Part shown: positions 16,451 through 24,943 of the stretch, in pieces | How the letters are laid out: every line of letters begins with the position of its first letter | How positions within the stretch are numbered: the first letter of the stretch is position 1 | DNA from: Planctomycetales bacterium | GTDB lineage: Bacteria; 4484-113 | Length of the DNA: 26,342 nt | Reading direction: 5' to 3' | Assembly: GCA_037441675.1 (NCBI GenBank) | Contig: JBBIRS010000012.1 | Coordinates: 1,091 to 27,432 of the forward strand | Program-made: the position numbers and the translations under genes | The notes under the pieces: generated by a model | Told to the model about the DNA's origin: nothing | The model's database searches: none | The model's input: the letters and a program-made list of their open reading frames with translations, nothing else

Positions 16451-19123
16451 CTAGCTTTGACGCTTCCATAGAACCGCCTGATATTGAAAATCTTGCCGAA
16501 GATACCCAACCACATCTCCATTTTCATTGACAGAGGTTCCAAATGAATCTGTGTAGCCTTCAGGTACATAACGGTGGAGATTAATAACCAATCCCTCGTT
16601 CACCATCCAAACAAGCGAATGCACAGCACTGTCAGTTGAGTCTCCGAATGCGTAACCAACAACGTAATTGCCGGATATTCCATAGGCAAAGCTATTTGTG
16701 TTGGAGTAGCCCGCTGGATGCAAGTCTGTCACGTTACCACTAGAAGTATCCCAGAGGATAGCGTGAGTATCACTTGATGTTTCAGGCCTACCAAAACCAA
16801 CCACCAGATTTCCCCATATTCCTCTTGCTTCACTGTTAAGAAATCCACTAGGATGCAAAATTGTAACGCTTTCCGGAGTGCCATTCCACATAACCGCGTG
16901 ACTTCCACCACCTTCCGGAATAGCCGTACCAACCTGAAATCCACCAAACACAGCATAAGCAGTAGAGCTCACGTATCCTGTCGGGTGTAGGTCTACCGCG
17001 CTGTCAGCGGTTCCTCTCCAAAGCATTGCGTGGCTACCAAGTTCGGGGTCCACAGCATATCCTACTTGCTCATTCTCATAAACGCCGAAAGCTTCCGAAC
17101 TCTGAAATGCAGGAGGATGCAGGTTAACCATACTTTCGCTAGTTCCGTACCATAAGACAGCAAAATTTGGCTGGAACTGGCCACTCACATCTGTGCCAAC
17201 CTGCATATTTTGGTAAATACCTCTAGCCTGTGAAGGGCCCCCTCCAGTTGGGTCTAAATTGATGTAGCTTTGAGCATCCCCCGACCAAAGGACTGCTCTA
17301 GTCCCGTTAATCCCCACTTGATAATCTTCATAAACTCCCAGGGCTTGTGAGTAGTTGCTACCAGATGGATGTAGAATGATCGCTTGCCAACCGGGATTAA
17401 CAGTGATGGTAACGCTTGCGTTATCAATTCCTCCCCTGCCATCCAGCACAGTGACAACCACACGGTAAGTTCCTTCATAAACGAATGTGTGGTTAACATT
17501 CACAGCTCCGAAACCTTCCACTCCATCTCCGAAATCCCAATAAAAGACAAGAGAATCACCATTAAGGTCAACGCTACCATCTGCGGAGAATCTGACAGTT
17601 AATGGGTTAAAGCCAGATGTTGGATTTGCGCTGAGCCTTGCAAATGGCGGAGAATTTGGAGGTGGTTCTACAGTGATTGTTATTGACGTAGTCTGCTTAG
17701 CGTTACTGTTATCTGTAACTTGTAGCATAGCATTATATTGGCCTTCTACATAATAGGTGTAACTTGTCACCGGTTCACTTTGAGGAATAGACCAATTAAT
17801 ACCATTCAATTCACCATCAAAATCCCACTGATAAAAAACAATTTCACCATCCGGGTCGTAACTACCAGAACCGTCAAATTGAACCTCTAATGGGACTCTT
17901 CCAGATGTAGGATTGGCAGAAATTACCGCTATTGGTTGTTGGTTTGGAACATTTAATGCAACTATACTCACGCTATCTTTAGCAGTGTCACCTTTACTAT
18001 CTCTCACAGTAACTTCAGCTAAGTAGCTTCGCGCCCGAGTGTAAGTATAGGAGGCAGTTGCGCTAGTGGTGGTGGAATCTATTACGCGATCACCGTCAAA
18101 ATCCCATTCATAGGAAACAATAGTTCCATCAGGATCGTAAGAAGCAGAGGCGTCAAAATTCACATTTAGTGGAACATAACCACTTGTGGTGTCGGCGGTA
18201 AGAACAGCGATAGGTGCGTAGTTGGCAAGTTGAACTACATTTGATATGCTTCCTGTTATTCCTGAAGAATCCTTAGCGGCAATCGCCACATAGGAGAATT
18301 CAGTTGGAAACAGAGGAACTATAAATCTGTAGTAGTTTTCACCCATAGAAAGTAGTGGCAAATCAACAACTTCCACGACCGCGTTTCCATTCGCATCCAA
18401 GATAGCATCTATTGGATGTGTATCAGCAGAATGTCCGATATGGGTATTAAAAATCTGCGCTAGAAGCATAAATCTATCTTCTGTCCAAGCGCCAAATTCC
18501 AATACTGGAGTGGTCTCTAAAGTATCGGGGCTATTTCCGGCAAGAACTACAAAGCTAGATACATTAGAAAAATAATTCGCCACGATTGGCGTAATGTCCT
18601 TGATGTCTAAGACGGAATCGCCATTTCCATCAATGACCCAGTCTATCTCATCTTGCCATCCCGTATCCTGAACGAAGCGATGACCAAAATGTATGGCTAG
18701 AGGGTTAATGTCCTTAGCGTCAACTACTCCATCACGGTTGTAATCCCCAGTATTTTTGTAACTCCACAAAAGACTATAGCTTCCATCTCCGTTTGAAATG
18801 CTCTGTAAATCATTAATGAGATTATTATCTCCAGTTGGCACTCGAGATACTGACTTTAACCCTTCAGAAAGTGCCTCTAAGAGCTTTTGATACACATCTT
18901 TATCTACCCCTACCTCAATCAAAGACAACTCGGTAAAATCTGATTTCTCATCATACTCGCCTAGTGAAGTAGGTGTTAACAACTTTGATGTTTCACTTGA
19001 AATTAAAGCATTTTGATCTTCATTTTTGGGAGAATTAACTGTCCCACGTTCACAGCTACTTAAGATAATAAAGCTTGATGTTAAGATTAGAATAAATCCA
19101 TAAAATCTCAAATAAAAATTCAT
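16451..19123 (-). CDS. Surface lipoprotein: dockerin/EF-hand-like motifs, three PKD domains and a seven-repeat (HAF-like) beta-propeller
   Basis: Lipobox LSSC at Cys24. GDYNRDGVVDAKD and DGNGDSVLDIKD Ca-loop motifs. Three PLxVxFD/FS...WDF.DG PKD units. Seven ~44-aa repeats of the form LHP.G...S.A.GV....QVG......HA.LW. Confidence 0.85.
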   Translation of the reverse strand: MNFYLRFYGFILILTSSFIILSSCERGTVNSPKNEDQNALISSETSKLLTPTSLGEYDEKSDFTELSLIEVGVDKDVYQKLLEALSEGLKSVSRVPTGDNNLINDLQSISNGDGSYSLLWSYKNTGDYNRDGVVDAKDINPLAIHFGHRFVQDTGWQDEIDWVIDGNGDSVLDIKDITPIVANYFSNVSSFVVLAGNSPDTLETTPVLEFGAWTEDRFMLLAQIFNTHIGHSADTHPIDAILDANGNAVVEVVDLPLLSMGENYYRFIVPLFPTEFSYVAIAAKDSSGITGSISNVVQLANYAPIAVLTADTTSGYVPLNVNFDASASYDPDGTIVSYEWDFDGDRVIDSTTTSATASYTYTRARSYLAEVTVRDSKGDTAKDSVSIVALNVPNQQPIAVISANPTSGRVPLEVQFDGSGSYDPDGEIVFYQWDFDGELNGINWSIPQSEPVTSYTYYVEGQYNAMLQVTDNSNAKQTTSITITVEPPPNSPPFARLSANPTSGFNPLTVRFSADGSVDLNGDSLVFYWDFGDGVEGFGAVNVNHTFVYEGTYRVVVTVLDGRGGIDNASVTITVNPGWQAIILHPSGSNYSQALGVYEDYQVGINGTRAVLWSGDAQSYINLDPTGGGPSQARGIYQNMQVGTDVSGQFQPNFAVLWYGTSESMVNLHPPAFQSSEAFGVYENEQVGYAVDPELGSHAMLWRGTADSAVDLHPTGYVSSTAYAVFGGFQVGTAIPEGGGSHAVMWNGTPESVTILHPSGFLNSEARGIWGNLVVGFGRPETSSDTHAILWDTSSGNVTDLHPAGYSNTNSFAYGISGNYVVGYAFGDSTDSAVHSLVWMVNEGLVINLHRYVPEGYTDSFGTSVNENGDVVGYLRQDFQYQAVLWKRQS

Positions 19124-19292
19124 ACTTCCATCCTTTCAGGTAATTTAGCCATTGCTCTTTATAATAACTTAGAGAGTATCAATAAAAAAATTGCTCAGAG
19201 CTGAAGTCGTTTCAAAATGTGAAAAAGGACACTAAGGTTTGTAGAGCAAGAAATGAAAAGATTTAGCTGTCTGTGCTAGTCCCCTTGTAAGA

Positions 19293-19301
19293 ATTATAAC
19301 A
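19293..19301 (-). promoter_or_regulatory. Putative extended -10 promoter (TGtTATAAT)
   Basis: Perfect TGnTATAAT on the minus strand, about 170 nt upstream of the 19123 start. Confidence 0.4.
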
Positions 19302-19371
19302 CCATTTTGCAACGCCTGTAGAATAGTTGGTGAATAAAAGTCCAGTAAGAGAGCTAATCTTTTCTCAAAAT

Positions 19372-21195
19372 TTACTTCAGGCTATCAGCATCCAGCCAAT
19401 CGCTATAGGGTGGTCCCGGCAAAGGTTTCATAAAAATTCTGGCGCTTACAATAAGCTCTGCTCCTCTTATCTTATCGATGGTTCTAAGGAAATCTCTCAG
19501 AGCAGGTTCATACTTGACAAGATAAGAGCTAAGCCCGTAAGCTCTGCTTAAATCCCTAACAGAGCGATGGAAAATAAAACCCGTTCGCCCAAGTGGAATT
19601 CGTGTAGGATATGCGGTCACAAGCTGAGCGCTCTTTTCGGATGGTGCTAAGAAAAATCGATAGACTTCAGGCGAAAGGTTTTGACCGTAAGAAAAGGCAT
19701 AGCTAAGGTAATCTTTCTTCCCTGGCAAATTGATTTGATAATGGTACTCCGGGTCAACATAAACGAGTATAGATTGATCACTCACGCCATATTTTCTGCG
19801 GTAACTTAATGAGATAAGCGTCTCAAGCTTTTCTCTGCCTCTAGGAATTCCGTAGCCACCAATAAAGTGCTGTAGACATTCCACCACCTCAGGCCCTAAA
19901 AGCAATTTCACAGTTTCGTTTTCCATTGTTTCTTCAAAGAACTTCCTAGTCCTAGAGTATAAAAATGCGTTTTCATCGGAAAGCTTGTGGAGAGGCACTC
20001 TATCCTTTGGGGTTACTTCAAATGTATTACCTTTCTCACCTTTAGTTACCGTATAGGTAAGATACATTGCGGGATTTGGAATCACCTTCGCATAAGTAGG
20101 TTCTGCAATGAAATAATCGTTAGTTATAGTAATACTGATAGTGGTTTTATCAGGCGAGCGATTAACGAGTAAAAAGCCATTAACTCCATCGCTATGAAAG
20201 TAGTATATTCGCTTAAATTCTGTCGTCTCAGTAATTCTAACTTCATATCCATTCAGGGGATGATAAACGCTTGTAACATCATCGAAATCGGTTTCGGCTA
20301 GTGGCGGAAAAATCTCCTTCAAATCAGTGTGCTCTTTAGCTATAAACTTTTTTGTACTCTTAATTGTGAATGCCTTTTCCGAGATGATGCGATATACCTT
20401 TTCAAGTTTCTTATTTTGCGAGGCAGCAACCAAAACCGCAGGAAGTGCCTTTTCAAGGAATTTCCTTAAGGCATCGCTCACCTCTGGGACGCTTAGGTGT
20501 CCTCTATCGTCTAACGATAAAATATAAGCGAAATCACCAACGCTTTCCTTTGGGAAATTAAAAATCCACACTCCATTTTTCGCGAAGGTAAACTGGATGG
20601 AAAAATCCTGCGTATCCTCGCTAATGAAAAACTTCGCTGAACTATCATTGAGTATGACATCAATAATTTCCAGAGCTTTAGATATTGCTGATTGCCTATA
20701 CCTATTAACCTCTAATAGTAGCGCTTCTTCATTAAATGTTAGAATCCCTCTACTTTCCTTTACCGCCAGCAAAGCTGGAACGTAAGGTGCAAAATCTTCT
20801 ATTGAATTTGCCCAATCTATAAGTGGAGAAATCTCATCCTGAAGTTTTGAGAATAGTTGCCGACTTTTTTCCGGAAGCTTCAATGAGCCGATATTACTTG
20901 CACCCGCATCTGGAAATACTCTTAACTCAAGGAAATCATTTTCGCCTGAGTAAACTCTAAGCGTGTACATTCTAAGAGCTGGAATTGTGCTAATAGTTAT
21001 GTCAAAAGAAGGCGTTTTTAGAATTGCTGTTCTTTCATAATACGAGGAGTCACTGATCAATTCTAGACGCTTTGAACCTGCGCTGAAGAGAAATGTGTCA
21101 TCCCCGAAAATTACTTCGGCAAATGCAAAGTTAAATACGACCAATGACAGCGTAATCGCTATCGTCTTTAATGTTCTAACGCAAATTCTTTTCAA
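19372..21195 (-). CDS. Hypothetical secreted protein
   Basis: 607-aa ORF with TTG start and AAGGGGG RBS. Signal peptide ending AFA. No family recognised. Confidence 0.7.
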   Translation of the reverse strand: MKRICVRTLKTIAITLSLVVFNFAFAEVIFGDDTFLFSAGSKRLELISDSSYYERTAILKTPSFDITISTIPALRMYTLRVYSGENDFLELRVFPDAGASNIGSLKLPEKSRQLFSKLQDEISPLIDWANSIEDFAPYVPALLAVKESRGILTFNEEALLLEVNRYRQSAISKALEIIDVILNDSSAKFFISEDTQDFSIQFTFAKNGVWIFNFPKESVGDFAYILSLDDRGHLSVPEVSDALRKFLEKALPAVLVAASQNKKLEKVYRIISEKAFTIKSTKKFIAKEHTDLKEIFPPLAETDFDDVTSVYHPLNGYEVRITETTEFKRIYYFHSDGVNGFLLVNRSPDKTTISITITNDYFIAEPTYAKVIPNPAMYLTYTVTKGEKGNTFEVTPKDRVPLHKLSDENAFLYSRTRKFFEETMENETVKLLLGPEVVECLQHFIGGYGIPRGREKLETLISLSYRRKYGVSDQSILVYVDPEYHYQINLPGKKDYLSYAFSYGQNLSPEVYRFFLAPSEKSAQLVTAYPTRIPLGRTGFIFHRSVRDLSRAYGLSSYLVKYEPALRDFLRTIDKIRGAELIVSARIFMKPLPGPPYSDWLDADSLK

Positions 21196-21290
21196 CTTAT
21201 TTCCCCCTTACAACAAAGCTTAATGTTAGCAAAAAATCAAAAAGAATTATAAATTCATCAAAAAATTAAAGATCAGGAAGTCAAAAATGC

Positions 21291-21319
21291 TTGAAGAGAA
21301 AGCTCTACTTGCTTATAAT
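21291..21319 (+). promoter_or_regulatory. Putative sigma70 promoter of the pfk operon
   Basis: TTGAAG (21291-21296), 17-nt spacer, TATAAT (21314-21319). GGAG RBS at 21342-21345. Confidence 0.65.
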
Positions 21320-21351
21320 ATCTTTGAAAATTTTGTCCTCCGGAGCTTCAT

Positions 21352-22374
21352 ATGCGAATAGCAGTTCTTACAGGTGGTGGCGATTCGCCTGGTTGTAATG
21401 CGGTTTTATACGCCATAGTTTTGAGAGCGGAAGCAAATGGTCATGATGTTTTCGCTGCGGAATTTGGCTGGAGGGGAGTTCTTGAAGGCAAATTTAGGCG
21501 AATTACTTCTCGTGAGCTTAAGGACCTTGTTAATATTGGCGGAACGTGCATCGGAACATCACGCACCAACCCTTTCAAAACCCCTGAGGGTCCAGGAAAG
21601 TGTTTGGACAATCTTCAAAAGCAAGGCATAGATGCGCTAATCACTATAGGTGGCGATGATACAAATGGTGCGGGATTCAAACTTTTCCAATTAGGCGCAA
21701 AAGTCGTTGGGTTACCTCAAACTATTGACAATGACCTTTCTGAAACTGAGTACTGTATTGGTTTTGATTCAGCTTTAACAACAGCTTCCGATGCATTGGA
21801 GAAACTTCGCACCACTTCTCGCTCTCACAGACGTGTGATGGTTTGTGAAATTATGGGTAGAAATGCTGGTTGGCTTACTCTTTTTTCCGGCATTGCAGGG
21901 CTAGCAGATATCATTCTCATTCCCGAAGTTAAGCTGGACATCACTTCATTATCTGAACGGGTTAGCTCCATCTATTTCAAGCAGGACTATGTTGTCATCG
22001 CTCTTTCTGAAGGTGTCATCCCAGATAACCTCTCTCACCCCCTCGTTCAGGAAACAGAAGTGGATGAATTTGGCCACGTTCGACTTGGCGGTGTTGGGAA
22101 CTGGTTAGCCCAAGAAATTGAGCAAAGAACAGGAATAGAAACACGAGCGATTGTTCTAGGTCATCTACAAAGGGGTGGAAACCCTAGCGCCTTTGAGAAG
22201 GTAATGGGTATGTTACTTGGCGTTAAAGCTGTGGAAATGTGTGAGGATGGAAAGTTTGGAGAAATGGCTATTATCAAAAATATGAAGCCAATAAGCATTC
22301 CAATGGAAGAAGTTTTCAAAGGTGTTAAAAGAGTGAATGAAGATTACTTACACCTGACACAGATATTCATGTAA
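21352..22374 (+). CDS. pfkA: 6-phosphofructokinase (PfkA family, mixed-substrate group III-like; phosphoryl donor uncertain)
   Basis: LTGGGDSPG, GTSRTNPF, IGGDDT, PQTIDND, EIMGRNAGW, DEFGHVRLGG, LGHLQRGG. Confidence 0.92.
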   Translation: MRIAVLTGGGDSPGCNAVLYAIVLRAEANGHDVFAAEFGWRGVLEGKFRRITSRELKDLVNIGGTCIGTSRTNPFKTPEGPGKCLDNLQKQGIDALITIGGDDTNGAGFKLFQLGAKVVGLPQTIDNDLSETEYCIGFDSALTTASDALEKLRTTSRSHRRVMVCEIMGRNAGWLTLFSGIAGLADIILIPEVKLDITSLSERVSSIYFKQDYVVIALSEGVIPDNLSHPLVQETEVDEFGHVRLGGVGNWLAQEIEQRTGIETRAIVLGHLQRGGNPSAFEKVMGMLLGVKAVEMCEDGKFGEMAIIKNMKPISIPMEEVFKGVKRVNEDYLHLTQIFM

Positions 22375-22432
22375 AAGCTCAATCTCGCCTTTGTCTCTTA
22401 GATAATTATCTCATCTGATAGCAATTTAGACT

Positions 22433-23410
22433 ATGGTTTATGTGATAGCAGAGGTTGGACTGAACCACGGCGGTAGTCTCAAAAGGGCAGTTGAACATAT
22501 TCACAGCGCTAAAGAAGCAGGTGCAGACTGTGTAAAGTTTCAGTTATTTAGGGCTGATAAATTAATTTCTAATAAGTTTGCACCAAAGTCGTATCAATTT
22601 TTCAAGTCCTATGAACTTAGCTTTGACGAGATTAAATACCTATATCAAGAGAGCATAAACTCAAATATAGATTTTCTATGTAGCCCATTTGATGAAGAGG
22701 CAGTGGACTTTCTTGATTCCTTACCTGTTTCACATTTCAAAGTAGCATCTGGGGAATTAACAAACGAGGCGCTTCTTTCCCGCATTGGTTCAAAAGGGAA
22801 GCACGTATATCTCTCCACGGGAATGGCGACTTTTGATGAAATACAGTGGGCTTTAGGAATTCTCAGAAAAGCTGGGGCAGAGCAAATCACGCTTCTTCAC
22901 TGCGTCAGTATCTACCCGACCCCCCTGGAATTTGCAAAGCTAGGCGTAATACTTGCGCTTAAAAGAGCATTTAATCTGCCGGTTGGATATTCAGATCATA
23001 CTGCAGGGATTAACTGTGCGCTTGCGGCGGTAGCTTTGGGCGCAACCGTTATTGAAAAACACTTTGGAATATACACGGATAATTCCATCCCAGATTTGGC
23101 TTGCTCAACGGATAAAGAAGGACTTAGCTGTATTAAACGAGTGTCGGAGGAAATTACCCTTGCCCTTGGGAATTGTAATGGAAACTTCGAGAAAGAGATT
23201 TCGGAGGAGGAAAGGGAGGTGGCGAAGAATGCAAGAAAAAGCATATACTCCACTGGAATTAAAGCTGGGGAGAAAATCCTGCCTGAGCATATCATTATGT
23301 TAAGACCGGAAGTAGGAATTCCTGCCCGACATTTCTCTCAGATTATTGGCAAGACCGTAAAGGTAGACATTAGACCTGGAGAAGCACTGTATTGGCAATA
23401 TTTGGAGTAA
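22433..23410 (+). CDS. N-acetylneuraminate synthase family protein (NeuB/SpsE-like) with C-terminal SAF domain
   Basis: VIAEVGLNHGG, VKFQ, KVASGE, LSTGM, LHCVSIYP, GYSDHT, IEKHF, ARKS. Confidence 0.9.
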   Translation: MVYVIAEVGLNHGGSLKRAVEHIHSAKEAGADCVKFQLFRADKLISNKFAPKSYQFFKSYELSFDEIKYLYQESINSNIDFLCSPFDEEAVDFLDSLPVSHFKVASGELTNEALLSRIGSKGKHVYLSTGMATFDEIQWALGILRKAGAEQITLLHCVSIYPTPLEFAKLGVILALKRAFNLPVGYSDHTAGINCALAAVALGATVIEKHFGIYTDNSIPDLACSTDKEGLSCIKRVSEEITLALGNCNGNFEKEISEEEREVAKNARKSIYSTGIKAGEKILPEHIIMLRPEVGIPARHFSQIIGKTVKVDIRPGEALYWQYLE

Positions 23411-23466
23411 AATATCAACATTATTCCTAAATTACTTTTTTCTAAGTAATGATTAGCTAATGTGCA

Positions 23467-24096
23467 ATGAAAGAAAATGAAGTCATAACTACTAACAAAT
23501 ATTCTTCCAATGAACCAAGAATATTCCTTGCAGTTCCATTTGAAGATAGTTTTAAGAGGCAGGTCATTCGCTATCAGGCGGCATTAAAGAATACATTTCA
23601 GGCTGTTCATTGGATTCCAATAGAGAATCTGCATTTGACACTAAAGTTTTTTGGCGAAACGAAGTTAGAGAAGGTAGAAAGGATACTTAGCGAATTAGGT
23701 TCTTTATTATCAGAGTTCAAAGTTCACAATATTTACTTTAACGATTTTGGGTATTTTGGCACTCCCCGCTATCCAAGGGTCCTCTTCCTTAAAGGTGAAA
23801 GCGAACCCTTAATAAAGCTAGCGGAGAGTGTTCTCAAAAGATTTCCTGATAAAAATTTCCGTCCCTTTCGTCCACATCTAACGCTCGGTAAATTCTTGAA
23901 AAGGCAGAGCCAAGAAGAAATTGAACATAATGAAAAACTATTGCGAGCTTGGCAAAGCGGTTTATCCATTGATTTAGGTTTACCTAAAGTTGAAATTGAA
24001 TCACAAGTTGCCGAAGTGACTTTAATGGAAACTATATTTGTTGGAAGAGCGGTAAAGTACGAGATTCGTCACAAATTTTCGCTTAAATCTAAATGA
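23467..24096 (+). CDS. thpR: RNA 2',3'-cyclic phosphodiesterase (2H phosphoesterase)
   Basis: RIFLAV and two HxT motifs, NLHLTLKFFG and FRPHLTLG. Also PRVLF. Confidence 0.9.
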   Translation: MKENEVITTNKYSSNEPRIFLAVPFEDSFKRQVIRYQAALKNTFQAVHWIPIENLHLTLKFFGETKLEKVERILSELGSLLSEFKVHNIYFNDFGYFGTPRYPRVLFLKGESEPLIKLAESVLKRFPDKNFRPFRPHLTLGKFLKRQSQEEIEHNEKLLRAWQSGLSIDLGLPKVEIESQVAEVTLMETIFVGRAVKYEIRHKFSLKSK

Positions 24097-24153
24097 CGAA
24101 GGCGAAAGAAAATTTGCATCATTGGATTTTCATATGTTATTCTTCTAATCAAG

Positions 24154-24828
24154 ATGTATAGGATAGGATTTGCTGCGCTTCTAGGAATTTTGTTAATGAT
24201 AGTTACTTCAGCAGAGTTAAGAAAAAAGTACGCGCTGAGGGATTTTAACAAGTTATCCTGGATGATTTTTCCCGCTGAAGCAGAAGCATATCAGCAATTG
24301 AAAGGCAAATCATGGATAATAGAAAATAAACTTTCTGTGCCAATTTTATTAATCGCTCCCTATTTGGAAGAGAACTTTTCAATTGGTGCTTTAATTGAGT
24401 TTAAGGGAGTAGATTCAAGTAGAGCGGGAATTTTTTATAACCTGCAGGATGACCTAGAAAAGAGTGGGCACCCTACCCTGATGACCTTAGAATTGACTAG
24501 GAACGGAGAAGCATACTTTTTCACCTTAAAGCAGGGGCAGAGGCGCGAGTTGTCAAAAACAACATTTGGGAGAAGTAATGATAAGCCCATTAAGTTTAAC
24601 ATCAATCTAACAAAACTTGAGAATGACCTGAAGCTATCGGTTAATGAAGTAGAGAGAAAAATCGTTGACGAGGTTAAACTACCCGTTGGGACTTTTGGAT
24701 TCATAATAGCCCCAAATACTAGTATCACCCTTTCGGACTTTTATTTTGCCCATTATGTGAAGGAGTTTACTCCCTATGAGGGAGTGGATATTGAAAAACT
24801 ATTTCCGAAAGAGAAAAAGGGTAAATAG
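24154..24828 (+). CDS. Hypothetical exported protein (beta-rich, possibly concanavalin/DUF1080-like fold)
   Basis: 224-aa ORF with an N-terminal signal peptide and alternating beta-strand pattern. The fold is inference only. Confidence 0.6.
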   Translation: MYRIGFAALLGILLMIVTSAELRKKYALRDFNKLSWMIFPAEAEAYQQLKGKSWIIENKLSVPILLIAPYLEENFSIGALIEFKGVDSSRAGIFYNLQDDLEKSGHPTLMTLELTRNGEAYFFTLKQGQRRELSKTTFGRSNDKPIKFNINLTKLENDLKLSVNEVERKIVDEVKLPVGTFGFIIAPNTSITLSDFYFAHYVKEFTPYEGVDIEKLFPKEKKGK

Positions 24829-24943
24829 CCAATTTACGACTATTTTCGATCTAGTTCATTCGGGAATTCAATATAAAGGCATCTTTCACTTTAAGGATTT
24901 GTCGTTTGAAATTACTTACTTCAAGTAGCGGTAAAAAATACTA

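Noticed and set aside
16454..17390. Periodic GGATG-containing motifs as a CRISPR array or DGR repeat
   Set aside because: They are degenerate codons of the protein's LHP repeats. There are no identical nucleotide repeats and no cas or reverse transcriptase gene.
12271..24728. Numerous 60-110 aa alternative-frame or antisense ORFs in the track
   Set aside because: They lie within or largely overlap well-supported genes and lack independent coding signals.
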